A stretch of 61,467 nucleotides of DNA from NCBI GenBank assembly GCA_046723845.1, contig JBKOVG010000056.1, positions 1 to 61,467 on the forward strand, written 5' to 3'. Under the pieces are notes generated by a model. That model searched no databases, was not told where the DNA came from, and saw only the letters and a list, made by a program, of their open reading frames with translations. This document shows, in pieces, positions 46,172 through 55,978 of this stretch. How positions within the stretch are numbered: the stretch's first letter is position 1; each line of letters begins with the position of its first letter. A program made the position numbers and the translations under genes. Source of the stretch: Candidatus Methylomirabilota bacterium. Lineage in GTDB: Bacteria; Methylomirabilota; Methylomirabilia; Rokubacteriales; CSP1-6.

Positions 46172-46786
46172 TCAGACGGCGCCGGACTCGGGAAGGGGGC
46201 GGCTCTCCAGATCGTCGAGATGGGCGGCGCAGTTGAGCAGGCGCACCCGCCACGGCGCCGGGTGATCGATGATGGTGAGCGAGGTGTTGTGCCAGGCCGC
46301 CGGCGGCGGCTCGCCGTCGAGCAGCACGAGATGGCGGTCGGCCAGCGATCGGCACACGAGCCCGTGGGTCACCACCGCCACGTGCCCCGCCGTCGTCGCC
46401 GCCTCCTCCTGCACGAGAGCCCACGCGCGGTCGACCCGGGCGTGGAACACCTCCCACGTCTCGCCATGGGGGGGCGCGTAGCCGGGCTCGAACATGTCGA
46501 AGCCGAGCTCGGCTTTGGGCGTGCCCCGGAGGTCTCCGAAGTTGCGCTCCTGGAGGAGCGGGCTGTAGCGGATGGGCGCGCCGGTGACGCGACGGAGATG
46601 ATCGGCGGTGGCCGCCGCGCGCGAATAGTCGCTGGAGAGGATGAGGGTGATGCTCTCGTGCGCGAGCCGGCGCGCGAGTCGCGCCGCCTGCAAGGCGCCG
46701 CGCGCGGAGAGCGGATTGTCGGGGAGCTGGACGGTGCGCGAGGCGTTGCCCAGCGTCTCCCCGTGCCGGATCAGGAAGATCGACAT
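46172..46786 (-). CDS. Histidine phosphatase (phosphoglycerate mutase) family protein
   Basis: The 'LIRHGET' RHG motif and 'VVTHGLV' are present. Confidence 0.8.
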   Translation of the reverse strand: MSIFLIRHGETLGNASRTVQLPDNPLSARGALQAARLARRLAHESITLILSSDYSRAAATADHLRRVTGAPIRYSPLLQERNFGDLRGTPKAELGFDMFEPGYAPPHGETWEVFHARVDRAWALVQEEAATTAGHVAVVTHGLVCRSLADRHLVLLDGEPPPAAWHNTSLTIIDHPAPWRVRLLNCAAHLDDLESRPLPESGAV

Positions 46787-46801
46787 GCGGAGCGAGACGG
46801 C

Positions 46802-47998
46802 TCAGATCACGCGATCGCCGCGCAGCGCCTCGATGTCGGACGGCGAGTAGCCCAGGCCGGCGAGGATGGCGCCGGTGTGCTGGCCCAGCTTGGGCGCGGT
46901 CACCCGCACCGCCACGTCGCTCGCCGACATGCGGATGGGCGTGCGGATGTGCGGTACCCGGCCGAGCTCGGCGTCGTCGGCGTGCACCACCATCTCGCGG
47001 TGCACCACCTGTGGATCGGCGAAGAGCTGCTCGTAGGTGTACACGGGACCGCAGGGCACCCCCGCGTCGTCGAGCACCTTGATCCAGTGCGCGGTAGGGG
47101 CGGTGGCGAGGACGGCGCTGATCTCCTTCTCCAGCGCGAAACGGTGCTTGCGGCGATCGGGGCCACGGCGGAAGCGCGGATCGGCGGCCCACTCGGGATG
47201 ACCGAGGGCCTTAGCGCAGCGCTCCCAGATGCTCTGGGCGGAGCTGCCGATCATCATGTAGCCGTCCTTGGTCTCGAAGCGCTGATAGGGCGCGTTCTGG
47301 CGATGGCGCGAGCCCATGCGCGTGGGCTCCACGTGATCGGCGAGCCAGCCCGCGCTCGTCCAGGAGGAAAACGCCACCGCCGTTTCCAGGAGCGAGCATT
47401 CGATCTTCTGGCCCTGCCCGGTGCGCTGACGCTCGTAGAGGGCGGCGAGCACGCCGTGGGCGCCCCACATGCCGGTGCCGAGATCGCAGATGGGCAGGCC
47501 CACCGAGGTGGGCGGGCCGTCGGGCTCCCCGGTGACGTGCATGATGCCGCCCATGCCTTGCGCGATGAGATCGAAGCCGCCCTTCTCGCGATAGGGCCCG
47601 TCGGAGCCGAAGCCCGAGAGCTGGGCGTAGATGAGGCGCGGGTTGGTCTGTCTGAGCGTCTCGTAGCCGAGCCCCGCGCGCTCCATGACGGTGGCGCGGT
47701 AGTTCTCCACGAGCACGTCGGCCTGGGCGACCAGCTTGAGGAAGATGTCCCGCCCGCGCGGCGACTTGTAGTCGAGGGTGACGCTCTGCTTGTTGCGGTT
47801 GATGTAGCGGAAGTAGGGATTGCGCTCGCTCCCGTCGCCCATGGCCCGCGAGGAGTCGCCCGTCCCCGGACGCTCAAGCTTGATCACCTCCGCGCCCATG
47901 TCGGCGAGGATCATCGTGCAGTAGGGGCCCGCCATGTGCTCCGTCATGTCCAGGACCTTCACGCCGGTGAGCGGGCCGTGCTTGCTGGGCTCTGCCAT
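46802..47998 (-). CDS. Family III CoA-transferase (CaiB/BaiF)
   Basis: The internal Met starts 'MAEPSKHGPLTGVKVLDMTEHMAGPYCTMILADMGAEVIKLE'. 'GFDLIAQGMGGIM' is present. Confidence 0.9.
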   Translation of the reverse strand: MAEPSKHGPLTGVKVLDMTEHMAGPYCTMILADMGAEVIKLERPGTGDSSRAMGDGSERNPYFRYINRNKQSVTLDYKSPRGRDIFLKLVAQADVLVENYRATVMERAGLGYETLRQTNPRLIYAQLSGFGSDGPYREKGGFDLIAQGMGGIMHVTGEPDGPPTSVGLPICDLGTGMWGAHGVLAALYERQRTGQGQKIECSLLETAVAFSSWTSAGWLADHVEPTRMGSRHRQNAPYQRFETKDGYMMIGSSAQSIWERCAKALGHPEWAADPRFRRGPDRRKHRFALEKEISAVLATAPTAHWIKVLDDAGVPCGPVYTYEQLFADPQVVHREMVVHADDAELGRVPHIRTPIRMSASDVAVRVTAPKLGQHTGAILAGLGYSPSDIEALRGDRVI

Positions 47999-48018
47999 GA
48001 TGCCTCCGTACCGCGAGA

Positions 48019-48315
48019 GTGGACCCGTCGACGCGCGCAGTGTATCGCACTTTGCCGGACGGATGCGGAGCGCGGGCCGCCGGTGTAACCTGGGGCGGCC
48101 CGGGCGACGGTGTGGACCGCCGCGTGCGCTCACAGGGAGTCGGAAAGGCGCTCTTCGAGTGGGCGATCGCGCGGGCCCGCGAGCGCGGCTGCGTGATGAT
48201 CCAGATCACCACCGACAAGAGCCGCCCCGACGCCAAGCGCTTCTACGAGGGCCGGGGCTTCGTGGCCTCGCACGAGGGCATGAAGCTCCACTTCACGCCG
48301 CGGTCGACCGGCTAG
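48019..48315 (+). pseudogene. N-terminally truncated GNAT acetyltransferase remnant
   Basis: Only motif A and the C-terminal part are present: 'RRVRSQGVGKALFEWAIARARERGCVMIQITT...AKRFYEGRGF'. About 30 non-GNAT-like residues precede motif A, and there is no room for the missing N-terminal strands before the CoA-transferase start. Confidence 0.5.
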
Positions 48316-48501
48316 GGACGACGCCCCGGAGCGGCGGGCAGGGGTGCTCCCGCTTTGGGGGGAGGCGCCGGATCCCGCGAGAGCGGCCGCCTTGGCCGTG
48401 CGCACGGTGGCCCCTTCCACCAGGCCGTCGGGCGGCGAATTGATAAGCCCCTTGTCTTGGCTCGGGAATCGACGGTAGCCTACCGGGAGCAGGCGAGCGT
48501 G

Positions 48502-48657
48502 ATGAAGAAAGTCTGGCTGCGAAGTGCCATCCTCCTGAGCGGCGTCCTCGCCTACCGGGTCGCCTGCGATCTCCTCGACCGTCAGCTCACCGACGCCTAT
48601 ATCTGCGGCGCCCTCACCATCATCGGCGGGGTGATCGTGGCCTTGACCGAGCTGTAG
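48502..48657 (+). CDS. Possible 51-aa two-helix membrane peptide
   Basis: 'MKKVWLRSAILLSGVLAYRVACDLL...ICGALTIIGGVIVALTEL' shows good G/C third-position bias. No family is recognised. Confidence 0.3.
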   Translation: MKKVWLRSAILLSGVLAYRVACDLLDRQLTDAYICGALTIIGGVIVALTEL

Positions 48658-48729
48658 ACGGTCGGGCGCGGCGCCGGCTTCCCGCATCGGGACCTTCCTC
48701 AGAGCCCCAGCCCCACGAGGAGGCACACC

Positions 48730-48942
48730 GTGGCCAACAACAGCATCTATCGGGTGACGGATCTGGTGGGAACAAGCAAGGTGTCGTGGGAGGACGCCGT
48801 CAAGAATGCCGTGCAGACGGCGGGCAAGACGCTGCGCGATCTCAGGGTCGGCGAGGTCTCGCGGCTCGACGTGACCATCGACAAGGGCAAGGTCACGGCC
48901 TATCGCGCCCGCGTGAACGTGTCGTTCAAGTACGAGCGGTAG
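48730..48942 (+). CDS. Dodecin-family flavin-binding protein
   Basis: 70 aa: 'IYRVTDLVGTSKVSWEDAVKNAVQTAGKTLRDLRVGEV...GKVTAYRARVNVSFKYE'. The GTG start follows GAGGAGG. Confidence 0.75.
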   Translation: MANNSIYRVTDLVGTSKVSWEDAVKNAVQTAGKTLRDLRVGEVSRLDVTIDKGKVTAYRARVNVSFKYER

Positions 48943-48974
48943 GCCGCCGTCGCCGCCGGCCCGAACGGAGCCGG

Positions 48975-49904
48975 CTAGCGGGAGGCGCTCAGCTCGAGCG
49001 CCGGCGTCTCGAAGACGGAGGCCACGCCCGCGCCCAGCAGGCGGATCTCCGGCTGGAGCGTGATGGCCATGCGCGTCTCCACGCGCTCGCGTGCCATCTC
49101 CATGAGGGCGATGACGTCGGCGTGGGTCGCGCCGCCGCGATTGATGATCAGGTTGCCGCACTTCGAGGAGATCTCGGCGCCGCGCACACGCTTGCCGCGC
49201 AGCCCCACCGTCTCCACGAGCCGGGCCGCCCGATCGCCAGGAGGATTCTTCCAGACGTAGCCGGCGGAGGCGAGGGCGAAGGGCTGCGTATCCTTCCACA
49301 CCTTCATGCGCAGGCGCAGGTTCTCCTGGATGCGCTGGGGCGGCCGGCGCACGAGCTGCAACCGGCAGCCGACGACCACCGCGCCCGCGGGCAGATCCAA
49401 GCTCCGCGCTCCTCCGCCCTCGCTGCTTGGCCGGTACTCCCCGAGGGTGCCGTCTGGATGGAGGAACGACACGGAGGTACACAGGTCCAGGACGGAGCCC
49501 TCGAGCGACCGCGCGTTGGTGGCAAGCGCGCCGCCCACCGACGCGGGAATGCCCGCCATGTGCTCGAGGCCGCCCAGGCCGAGCGCCGCCGCCTCGCGGA
49601 TGAGGGCGGCCAGCGGCATGCCACCACCCACCGCCACCTCGTCGCCCCTGAACTCGGCTCGCCCGAGAATGCCCTCGAGCTTGATCACCACGGCCTGCAG
49701 GCCGCGGTCGGAGACGAGCAGGTTGTTGCCGCCGCCGATCACGACCACGGGCAGATCCTCGTGGTCCGCGAAGGCCAGGGCGTAGCGCACGTCGTTGAGG
49801 TCCTGCGGCATCACGAAGAACTCGGCAGGGCCGCCGATTCGCAACGAGGTGTAGAAGCTGAGGGGTTCCGAGAACCTGACCGTGCCGGCGATTCGCCCTA
49901 GCAT
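48975..49904 (-). CDS. murB: UDP-N-acetylenolpyruvoylglucosamine reductase
   Basis: 'LSFYTSLRIGGPAEFFV', 'VIGGGNNLLVSD' and 'GGATHADV' are present. The RBS is AAGGAG. Confidence 0.9.
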   Translation of the reverse strand: MLGRIAGTVRFSEPLSFYTSLRIGGPAEFFVMPQDLNDVRYALAFADHEDLPVVVIGGGNNLLVSDRGLQAVVIKLEGILGRAEFRGDEVAVGGGMPLAALIREAAALGLGGLEHMAGIPASVGGALATNARSLEGSVLDLCTSVSFLHPDGTLGEYRPSSEGGGARSLDLPAGAVVVGCRLQLVRRPPQRIQENLRLRMKVWKDTQPFALASAGYVWKNPPGDRAARLVETVGLRGKRVRGAEISSKCGNLIINRGGATHADVIALMEMARERVETRMAITLQPEIRLLGAGVASVFETPALELSASR

Positions 49905-50114
49905 CCTTTATCTCCTTGAGCCTGAACGGTGTGTGGGGTGGTGATCGCGCGCCCGCTTACTGCACGGCCAGTGCCAAGGAACGGATGTCAAGGATTTCGA
50001 GGGTTTCTGGGGGTCACGCCCTCCGGGAGCGACGGCCTACGTCACTGGCGGTGACGGAGAATGACAGTATTCGGGTCTCGAGCAGCCGAATAACCGCACA
50101 TGCGGCGCATAGGG

Positions 50115-50939
50115 CTAGGCAAGCCTTGCCGCGATGAAAACGCTAATGGGATAGAGGCAGAAGTAGTCGGCCCCCCGCAGCACGTTGTCGGGGGAGCCGG
50201 GCTCGCAGAGGGCCGAGCGCTGCCTCCACTCATCGGTAGTCAAGAGCTCGCGGATCCGCTCGCCCCAGTTGCGGCTGAACACCGTGTGCTGAATGTAGTC
50301 GCGATCGGCATCACGGAGCGGCGTGCGGCGCTCGAGGAGGTAGCTCCGCATGATCGGATCGGCGAGGCCGGCCGCGCGCAGCGAGGCCATGGTGGTCTGC
50401 CGGCGCTCCTGGAAGGAGCGGCCGGCGCCCTCGTCGAGGGTGCGGCGGATCTCGGCGAGCTGGATGCGGCGTTCCAACTCAGGATGGCCGGGCAGGAAGA
50501 GCGCGGAGAGCAGCTGCGATTCCTTGATGATGATGTGCCCGCCCGGCCGCACCACGCGCGCGAACTCGCGCAGCGCGCCCTCCGTGTCCACGATGTGATG
50601 GAGCACGTCGCCGCACCAGAGCCAGTCCGCGCTCTGATCCGGCACGGGCAGCGCGGTGCCGTCACCGACGCGGAACTCCACGTGCTCCGCGCCGGGCTGC
50701 CCAGCCGTGAGGGCGCGGGCCGCGTCGACCCGGGAGGCTTCGGGCTCCAGGGCGATCACCTGGCCGCCGCGTCCCACCGCCTCGGCGAGCCAGAGCGCGT
50801 AGAGGCCGACGCCGCAACCCACGTCGAGGCCGCGGGAGGCGGGGGGCAGGTCGAGCTCGGCGATGATTCGCCGGGCCTCCGGCTCCTGGAAGCGATTCAT
50901 GCGCTCGAGGGACTGCTCGGGGCGGTCGGGCGCGCTCAC
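50115..50939 (-). CDS. Class I SAM-dependent methyltransferase
   Basis: Motif I is 'GLDVGCGVGLYALWLA', followed by 'DWLWCGDVLHH' and 'VVRPGGHIII'. Confidence 0.8.
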   Translation of the reverse strand: MSAPDRPEQSLERMNRFQEPEARRIIAELDLPPASRGLDVGCGVGLYALWLAEAVGRGGQVIALEPEASRVDAARALTAGQPGAEHVEFRVGDGTALPVPDQSADWLWCGDVLHHIVDTEGALREFARVVRPGGHIIIKESQLLSALFLPGHPELERRIQLAEIRRTLDEGAGRSFQERRQTTMASLRAAGLADPIMRSYLLERRTPLRDADRDYIQHTVFSRNWGERIRELLTTDEWRQRSALCEPGSPDNVLRGADYFCLYPISVFIAARLA

Positions 50940-50964
50940 GCGCCAATAGTACGCGAGCAGCCGG

Positions 50965-52059
50965 TTGCGTCATAATCAGAGGGTGACGTGCTGGCGTGCG
51001 CTCTGCGTCCTCGGCCTTCCGGCCCTCGGCCTCTTCGCCGTCCTCACCGCCTCTCGGACCGCGCCGGCCGCCGACGACAGCCCGGCGGCCATCGAAGTGC
51101 AGGAAGGTCTCCAGATCCCGCTGGAGCAGCGCCGACGCATCGTACGCGGCGAGGTCGTGTCCTTTCCGGTCGCGGAGAACAGCGAGCGCGAGATAGCAGC
51201 CGGCGTCGCCCTCACGCTGCCCGCTCCCTTCAGCCAGCTCGCGGAGTATCTCTCCTCGGGCCAACTCATCGCCCAGGACGCGACCATCGGAGAGTTCGGC
51301 CTAGTGCCGCCAGAGGCCCCGAGCTCGCTCGTCGGCCCCCCGTTCAGCTCGAGCGAGCGCGACGAGGCGGCGAGCCTGCTCGATGCCGCGCCGGGCACGC
51401 GCTTCAATCTCTCGACGGGAGAGATCGAGTCGTTGCGCTCGGCCCGCAGCGCGGCAGGCGGCTCGAACCGCGACACCCTCGATCTGGCCTCCGGCGCCTT
51501 TCGGCGGCTGCTCTCGGAGCGCGTGCTGTCCTATCGCCAGCGCGGCCTCGCTGCCATCGCACCCTACGCGCGCACGGGCGGGGCCGTCACCGATCCCGCC
51601 GTGGAGCTTCGTTTGGCCATCGCCGATGTGCAGCGCATCGGCCGCTCGGGCACGGAGCTGCACCAAGCCTTGCTGCACTACCCCGCGGACCAGCCGGCGC
51701 AGGTGGCGAGCTACGTGTACTGGGTGAAGCGCCGCGTGCAGCGCCGGCCGCACCTGAGCCTGCTCCATCGCATGGTGGTGACCGGCGCGGGCTCCACCAT
51801 CCACCTCGAGCGCTACTTCTACGTGGAGCACTCCTTCAACGCGATGGTGATCCTCACGGGAGCCTTCCCGTTCCAGGAAGGCACCCTCCTCGTGGCCAGC
51901 ACGAGAGTCTCGACCGACGAGGTTCTCGGCGTGGGGAGCCAGCTCAGGCGGACGGTGGCGAGAGGCCAGGTCAGGGACGAGATGCGAACGCGGCTCGAGA
52001 GGGTCCGTTCGTCTCTGTCGCGGTCGCAGCCGGGAGGAGTGGAGAGTCAGAGTCCCTGA
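50965..52059 (+). CDS. Secreted hypothetical protein
   Basis: Signal-like 'WRALCVLGLPALGLFAVLTASRTAPAADD' is present, and coding bias is consistent throughout. The start (TTG 50965 or GTG 50983) is uncertain. No family is recognised. Confidence 0.5.
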   Translation: MRHNQRVTCWRALCVLGLPALGLFAVLTASRTAPAADDSPAAIEVQEGLQIPLEQRRRIVRGEVVSFPVAENSEREIAAGVALTLPAPFSQLAEYLSSGQLIAQDATIGEFGLVPPEAPSSLVGPPFSSSERDEAASLLDAAPGTRFNLSTGEIESLRSARSAAGGSNRDTLDLASGAFRRLLSERVLSYRQRGLAAIAPYARTGGAVTDPAVELRLAIADVQRIGRSGTELHQALLHYPADQPAQVASYVYWVKRRVQRRPHLSLLHRMVVTGAGSTIHLERYFYVEHSFNAMVILTGAFPFQEGTLLVASTRVSTDEVLGVGSQLRRTVARGQVRDEMRTRLERVRSSLSRSQPGGVESQSP

Positions 52060-52261
52060 GGCCGGTGGGGGGACGGATCATCCGGCCCCGTGCCGCCCAT
52101 GCTCGAAAATCGTCCACGGTTGAGACCAGGGCGCCACCAAATGACACGGTAGAACCTGCCAGCAGGGCCGCCGTCCTCCAGCCCCGGGTTCCTAATGTCC
52201 AGTCCGGCGCGTGTCTGGCTCGAATCGGTGCATGGCACATCCCTTGAATCGTGTCGCTCTC

Positions 52262-53242
52262 ATGAAATTTGTACGCGCGGGGCTGTTCGTGGGCGGCCTC
52301 GTCGTGCTCGCGATTCTCGTGGTGCGGGTCGGGCTCGACTCGGTGCTCGCCGTCCTCGGCCGGCTGAGCTGGTGGCAGCTCATGCTCGTCTCGATTCCCT
52401 ACGGGCTCATCATGGCCGTGGACACGCTGGGCTGGCGGTACGCATTCATCAGCAGCGCGCCACCCTACGTGAGGATGCTCGCCGCGCGCACAGCCGGAGA
52501 GGCCGTCAACATCGTGACAGCCCTCGGCTCGGTGGGTGGCGAGGCGGTCAAGGTCTGGCTGCTGCGCCCCGCCGTGCCGTACGACGAGAGCGTGCCCTCC
52601 ATCGTGATCGCCAAGACCACCAGCACCATGGCCCAGGCCTTTCTGCTCGTGGTGGGGACGATCCTCGCCCTGACGGCGATCAAGGTGGACGTCGACGTGA
52701 TCTGGGCGATGCTCGCCCTCCTGGGTGTCGAGCTGCTCCTGATCGGCGGGTTCTTCGTGACGCAGGTGGCGGGGCTCGTGAAGCGGGTCGGGCACCTCCT
52801 CGCCTGGAGCGGGCTGATCAAGGACGCCTCCGCCGCCGAGGATCTGGATGCCCGCCTGCGCCGGTACTACCGCGAGAGCTGGCGCCGCTTCATCCTTTCC
52901 GTGTCCTTCCACTTCTGCGGCTGGCTGCTGGGCGCCCTCGAGGTGTTGGTGATCCTGTACGTGCTGGAGATTCCCGTCGGTGTCGTCACCGCGATCGTGA
53001 TCGAGGCGGTGGGCTCGGGGGTGCGCTTCGCCTCCTTCCTAGTGCCGGGCAGCCTGGGTGTGCTCGAGGGCGCGAACACCGGCGTCTTTGATGCCTTGGG
53101 CCTCGGGGCGAGCGCCGGCCTCGCCTTCAGCCTCGTGCGCCGCGCGCGGCAAGGCGTATGGATCGGGATCGGCCTGATCGTGCTCGTGGTAGCGCGCATG
53201 CAGGCAGGAGGCGCGCCCGAGGCGCAGCATCGCCCCGCCTGA
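52262..53242 (+). CDS. Flippase-like / lysylphosphatidylglycerol-synthase TM-region (UPF0104) protein
   Basis: The internal Met starts 'MKFVRAGLFVGGLVVLAILV'. It has about 8 TM segments and the conserved 'PGSLGVLEG' near the C-terminus. Confidence 0.7.
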   Translation: MKFVRAGLFVGGLVVLAILVVRVGLDSVLAVLGRLSWWQLMLVSIPYGLIMAVDTLGWRYAFISSAPPYVRMLAARTAGEAVNIVTALGSVGGEAVKVWLLRPAVPYDESVPSIVIAKTTSTMAQAFLLVVGTILALTAIKVDVDVIWAMLALLGVELLLIGGFFVTQVAGLVKRVGHLLAWSGLIKDASAAEDLDARLRRYYRESWRRFILSVSFHFCGWLLGALEVLVILYVLEIPVGVVTAIVIEAVGSGVRFASFLVPGSLGVLEGANTGVFDALGLGASAGLAFSLVRRARQGVWIGIGLIVLVVARMQAGGAPEAQHRPA

Positions 53243-54163
53243 TCACGAGCTCCGGGCGAGCTCCGCCTCCGCGTCGGCCTGTCGCGCCTCGAGCTCCCTC
53301 ACGCTCTCGGGAAGCACCAGCAGGGGCAGGGCGCGGCGCAGCACCGTCAGCTCCTCGGGCGGCTGGCCCTCGACCGTCACGCGAATCTGTCGGCCACGGG
53401 TGAGCGCCATGCCCTCCGCGCGCCGCGACCGCGTGACGAGCAGCCGTAGGACCCGCAGCCAGAGACGGAAGCGCGACGGGCTCGAGATGGCGAACACGTC
53501 GAAGACGCCGTCCACGGGCGACGCGGTGGGGGTGAGGCTCAGGTAGTCGCGATACGTCTCCACGTTGGCTACGGTGACGAGCCCCGCCCCCTCCGCAAGG
53601 ACGTCGCCATCCACCTCGACGCGAATCGAGGGCAGCGGCGCGCTGTAGAGGAATCGCCTCGCTTCCGCGAAGTAGGCGAGATGCCGCCAGAGGCGGGACT
53701 TCGGCTGACCTCGTCCCTGCTCCACCGATTCCTGGATGTCGTCCAGGAGTCCGAAGCTGCGGTGGGAGAGGAAGAGCCGGCCGTTCGACATGCTGCCGAC
53801 GTCGACCCGGCGGACCTGACCGCGCTCGAAGAGCTCGGTGACGCTCGGGGTCTGGCTGCCGAAGCCGAAGGCGCGGGCGAACATGTTGCCGAAGCCGCTC
53901 GGGACGGGTACGAAGGGAATCGACAGCCTGACCGAGGCGCCGGCCGCCGCGCTCAGCGTCGCGTCGCCTCCCACCGCGACGAGGTGCGAGAACTCGGGCC
54001 TGCACGTGTCCGACCATTCGAGCAGGCTCTCCAGACTGCGAAAGGCCTGCACGCGGACGTCGTGGCCTCGACGCCTGAAGGCCCGCCGGAGGCGGCGCGT
54101 GATGAAGCGCGCACGCCCCTCACCCGAACCCGGCGTGACGACGATCTGCACGACCGAGCGCAT
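53243..54163 (-). CDS. Diacylglycerol-kinase catalytic-domain lipid kinase (YegS/LCB5-like)
   Basis: The internal Met starts 'MRSVVQIVVTPGSGEGRA'. 'LVAVGGDATLS' is a GGDGT-like motif. Confidence 0.7.
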   Translation of the reverse strand: MRSVVQIVVTPGSGEGRARFITRRLRRAFRRRGHDVRVQAFRSLESLLEWSDTCRPEFSHLVAVGGDATLSAAAGASVRLSIPFVPVPSGFGNMFARAFGFGSQTPSVTELFERGQVRRVDVGSMSNGRLFLSHRSFGLLDDIQESVEQGRGQPKSRLWRHLAYFAEARRFLYSAPLPSIRVEVDGDVLAEGAGLVTVANVETYRDYLSLTPTASPVDGVFDVFAISSPSRFRLWLRVLRLLVTRSRRAEGMALTRGRQIRVTVEGQPPEELTVLRRALPLLVLPESVRELEARQADAEAELARSS

Positions 54164-54434
54164 ACGGAAGTTAGCAGCCGTCGTGCCAGCGGACGGAGCG
54201 GGGAAACCCGCGCTCTCGGGGCGAAAAGACGAGTCACCGGAGCATGCCGGCGGGTCATCGTTTCCGGGTGCGACGAAGCGACCGGGCGCTATACTTTGGC
54301 GCCATGCTGAACCGGTTCGCGTGCGCGTGCTCCGCGATCGTCGTCCTGGCCGCTCGGGACCCGGCGCCGCGTCCCATGGGCGCGAAGGCGGGGCGCGCCT
54401 CCGGCTAGGCGCCGCGCGAGGCCCGTCGAGCCGC

Positions 54435-55403
54435 GTGCGATTGCCCTCCCGCTGGAGCACGCCGTGGCGAGCGGTGGCGCTCGCCCTCCTCACATCCCTC
54501 ACCACGCCCATGGTCGCCGCCGCGGCCTGCTCGTCGTCCGACGTGGATTTCGGCGCGCCCATGGCCCTCGTGCTCTCGGGGGGTGGAGCCAAGGGCGCCT
54601 ACGAGGCGGGAGTGGCGGCGACCTTCGTGGAGCGAGGGCTCCCTATCCGGCTGGTGGCGGGTTCCTCGGCGGGCGCCCTCAACGCGGCGATGATCGCCAG
54701 CGGACGCGCGGACCGACTGGAGGCGCTCTGGCGGAGCGTGACGCGGGAGCAGGTGTACTCGCTCCGGCTGCCCCTCTTCTTCGCGGGCTTCCTGCCCGGG
54801 TGGCTCACCCTGCTCGTCCTCAACGAGACGAAGGCCCTCTTCGATCCCGCGCCGCTCCGCGAGCTGATCCAGACCTCGCTCGACTTCGAGCAGATCCGCG
54901 CCTCGCCCATGCGCCTGCTCGTGACGGCGACCGATCTTGCGCGCCGGGAGAAGCGCGTGTTCGACAACACGACGGTGACGGTGGACGCGCTCATGGCCGC
55001 CTCCGCGGTGCCCGGTCTCTTTCCTCCCGTCGAGGTGGACGGCGCCATGCTGGTGGACGGCGGCATCACCGGGCGCGCCCCCGTCCTGGAGGCGCTGGAG
55101 GCGGATGCCTCGCTGGGTCGCGCGGTGGTGGTGATGAGCTACGCGCCCTCGGAGCGCGGGGCCGAGCCGACCACCATGCGCCGCGCCCTCGAGGAGAGCT
55201 TCGAGCTGATCATGATCCAGCAGATACGTCGCGACACCGAGCTGGCCCGCCTCCGTCATCCCCGCGTCGACGTCCAGCTCCTCACTCCCTCGTCGCCGCT
55301 GCTTCTCCGGCCCCTCGACTTCGACGCGGAGGCCATGGCGCGGCTCCTCGCCCTCGGCCGCGCCGACGCGCTCAGTTGCCTGACCGCGTGGGAGCGGAAG
55401 TGA
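54435..55403 (+). CDS. Patatin-like phospholipase, probable lipoprotein
   Basis: It has a lipobox-like 'MVAAAAC', oxyanion 'LSGGGAKGAYEAG', nucleophile 'GSSAGA' and Asp 'LVDGGI'. The start codon is approximate. Confidence 0.75.
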   Translation: MRLPSRWSTPWRAVALALLTSLTTPMVAAAACSSSDVDFGAPMALVLSGGGAKGAYEAGVAATFVERGLPIRLVAGSSAGALNAAMIASGRADRLEALWRSVTREQVYSLRLPLFFAGFLPGWLTLLVLNETKALFDPAPLRELIQTSLDFEQIRASPMRLLVTATDLARREKRVFDNTTVTVDALMAASAVPGLFPPVEVDGAMLVDGGITGRAPVLEALEADASLGRAVVVMSYAPSERGAEPTTMRRALEESFELIMIQQIRRDTELARLRHPRVDVQLLTPSSPLLLRPLDFDAEAMARLLALGRADALSCLTAWERK

Positions 55404-55953
55404 GGACGGAGGCGAGGAAGGCCTCGAGCCACGCCTCCGCCTCACGGGGCGTGCGGAGGCGGACGATCTCGAGGTGCGCGTGCTCGGGGCGGGCGAAGAG
55501 GAGCGGGTACTCCCGGCGATTGCGCCAATAGGTCTTCAAGAGCCAGTGGAAGAGCGATCGCTCCGACCAGAGCATCGCGTGCTCCCACAGGTTCTCGCGA
55601 TTGCCGTTCCACAGCACCTCGCGCGTGACGCGCCGCTTGAGCGTGCGCGCGCCGAGCCGCCCGAACACGCGGGGGAACGCGTAGTCGAGCCAGACGATGG
55701 TGCGGGCGCGAGGCCACACGACGTCGCGCACGTGCCGGTAGTTGCCCGCCACCACCCAGGCCGGCCCCCGCGTCGCCTCCTCGGCGCGCGCGCGAAGGAC
55801 CTCGGGGGCGGCGGCGGTCCAGGCGGGTCCCCAGTGGAGAGCGTCGAGCTCGACGAAGGCCGCACCGAGCGCGTGGGCGAGCCGCGCCGCGAGGACCGAC
55901 TTGCCGGAGCCGGTGGTGCCGACCACGACGATGCGCTGGGGCGGGCCCGCCAT
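55372..55953 (-). CDS. P-loop NTPase (adenylate-kinase-like / AAA-type small kinase)
   Basis: The internal Met starts 'MAGPPQRIVVVGTTGSGKSVLAARLA'. It is 193 aa. Its 3' end overlaps the convergent patatin gene by about 30 nt. Confidence 0.6.
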   Translation of the reverse strand: MAGPPQRIVVVGTTGSGKSVLAARLAHALGAAFVELDALHWGPAWTAAAPEVLRARAEEATRGPAWVVAGNYRHVRDVVWPRARTIVWLDYAFPRVFGRLGARTLKRRVTREVLWNGNRENLWEHAMLWSERSLFHWLLKTYWRNRREYPLLFARPEHAHLEIVRLRTPREAEAWLEAFLASVLTSAPTRSGN

Positions 55954-55978
55954 GAAGCGGTGATGGTAGCATTCGGAT

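Noticed and set aside
49905-50114. The 210-nt, somewhat less GC-rich spacer between the methyltransferase and murB, with several small hairpins and a minus-strand TTGACA (49991-49986), considered as an sRNA or promoter.
   Set aside because: No acceptable -10 lies at the right spacing. I recognise no SRP, 6S, tmRNA or RNase P signature. It is probably just the murB upstream region.
54435-55403. The patatin-like phospholipase considered as a CBASS (CapV-type) effector.
   Set aside because: There is no CD-NTase/cyclase, E1/E2/JAB or other CBASS component nearby. The protein has a lipoprotein-type export signal and lipid-metabolism neighbours.
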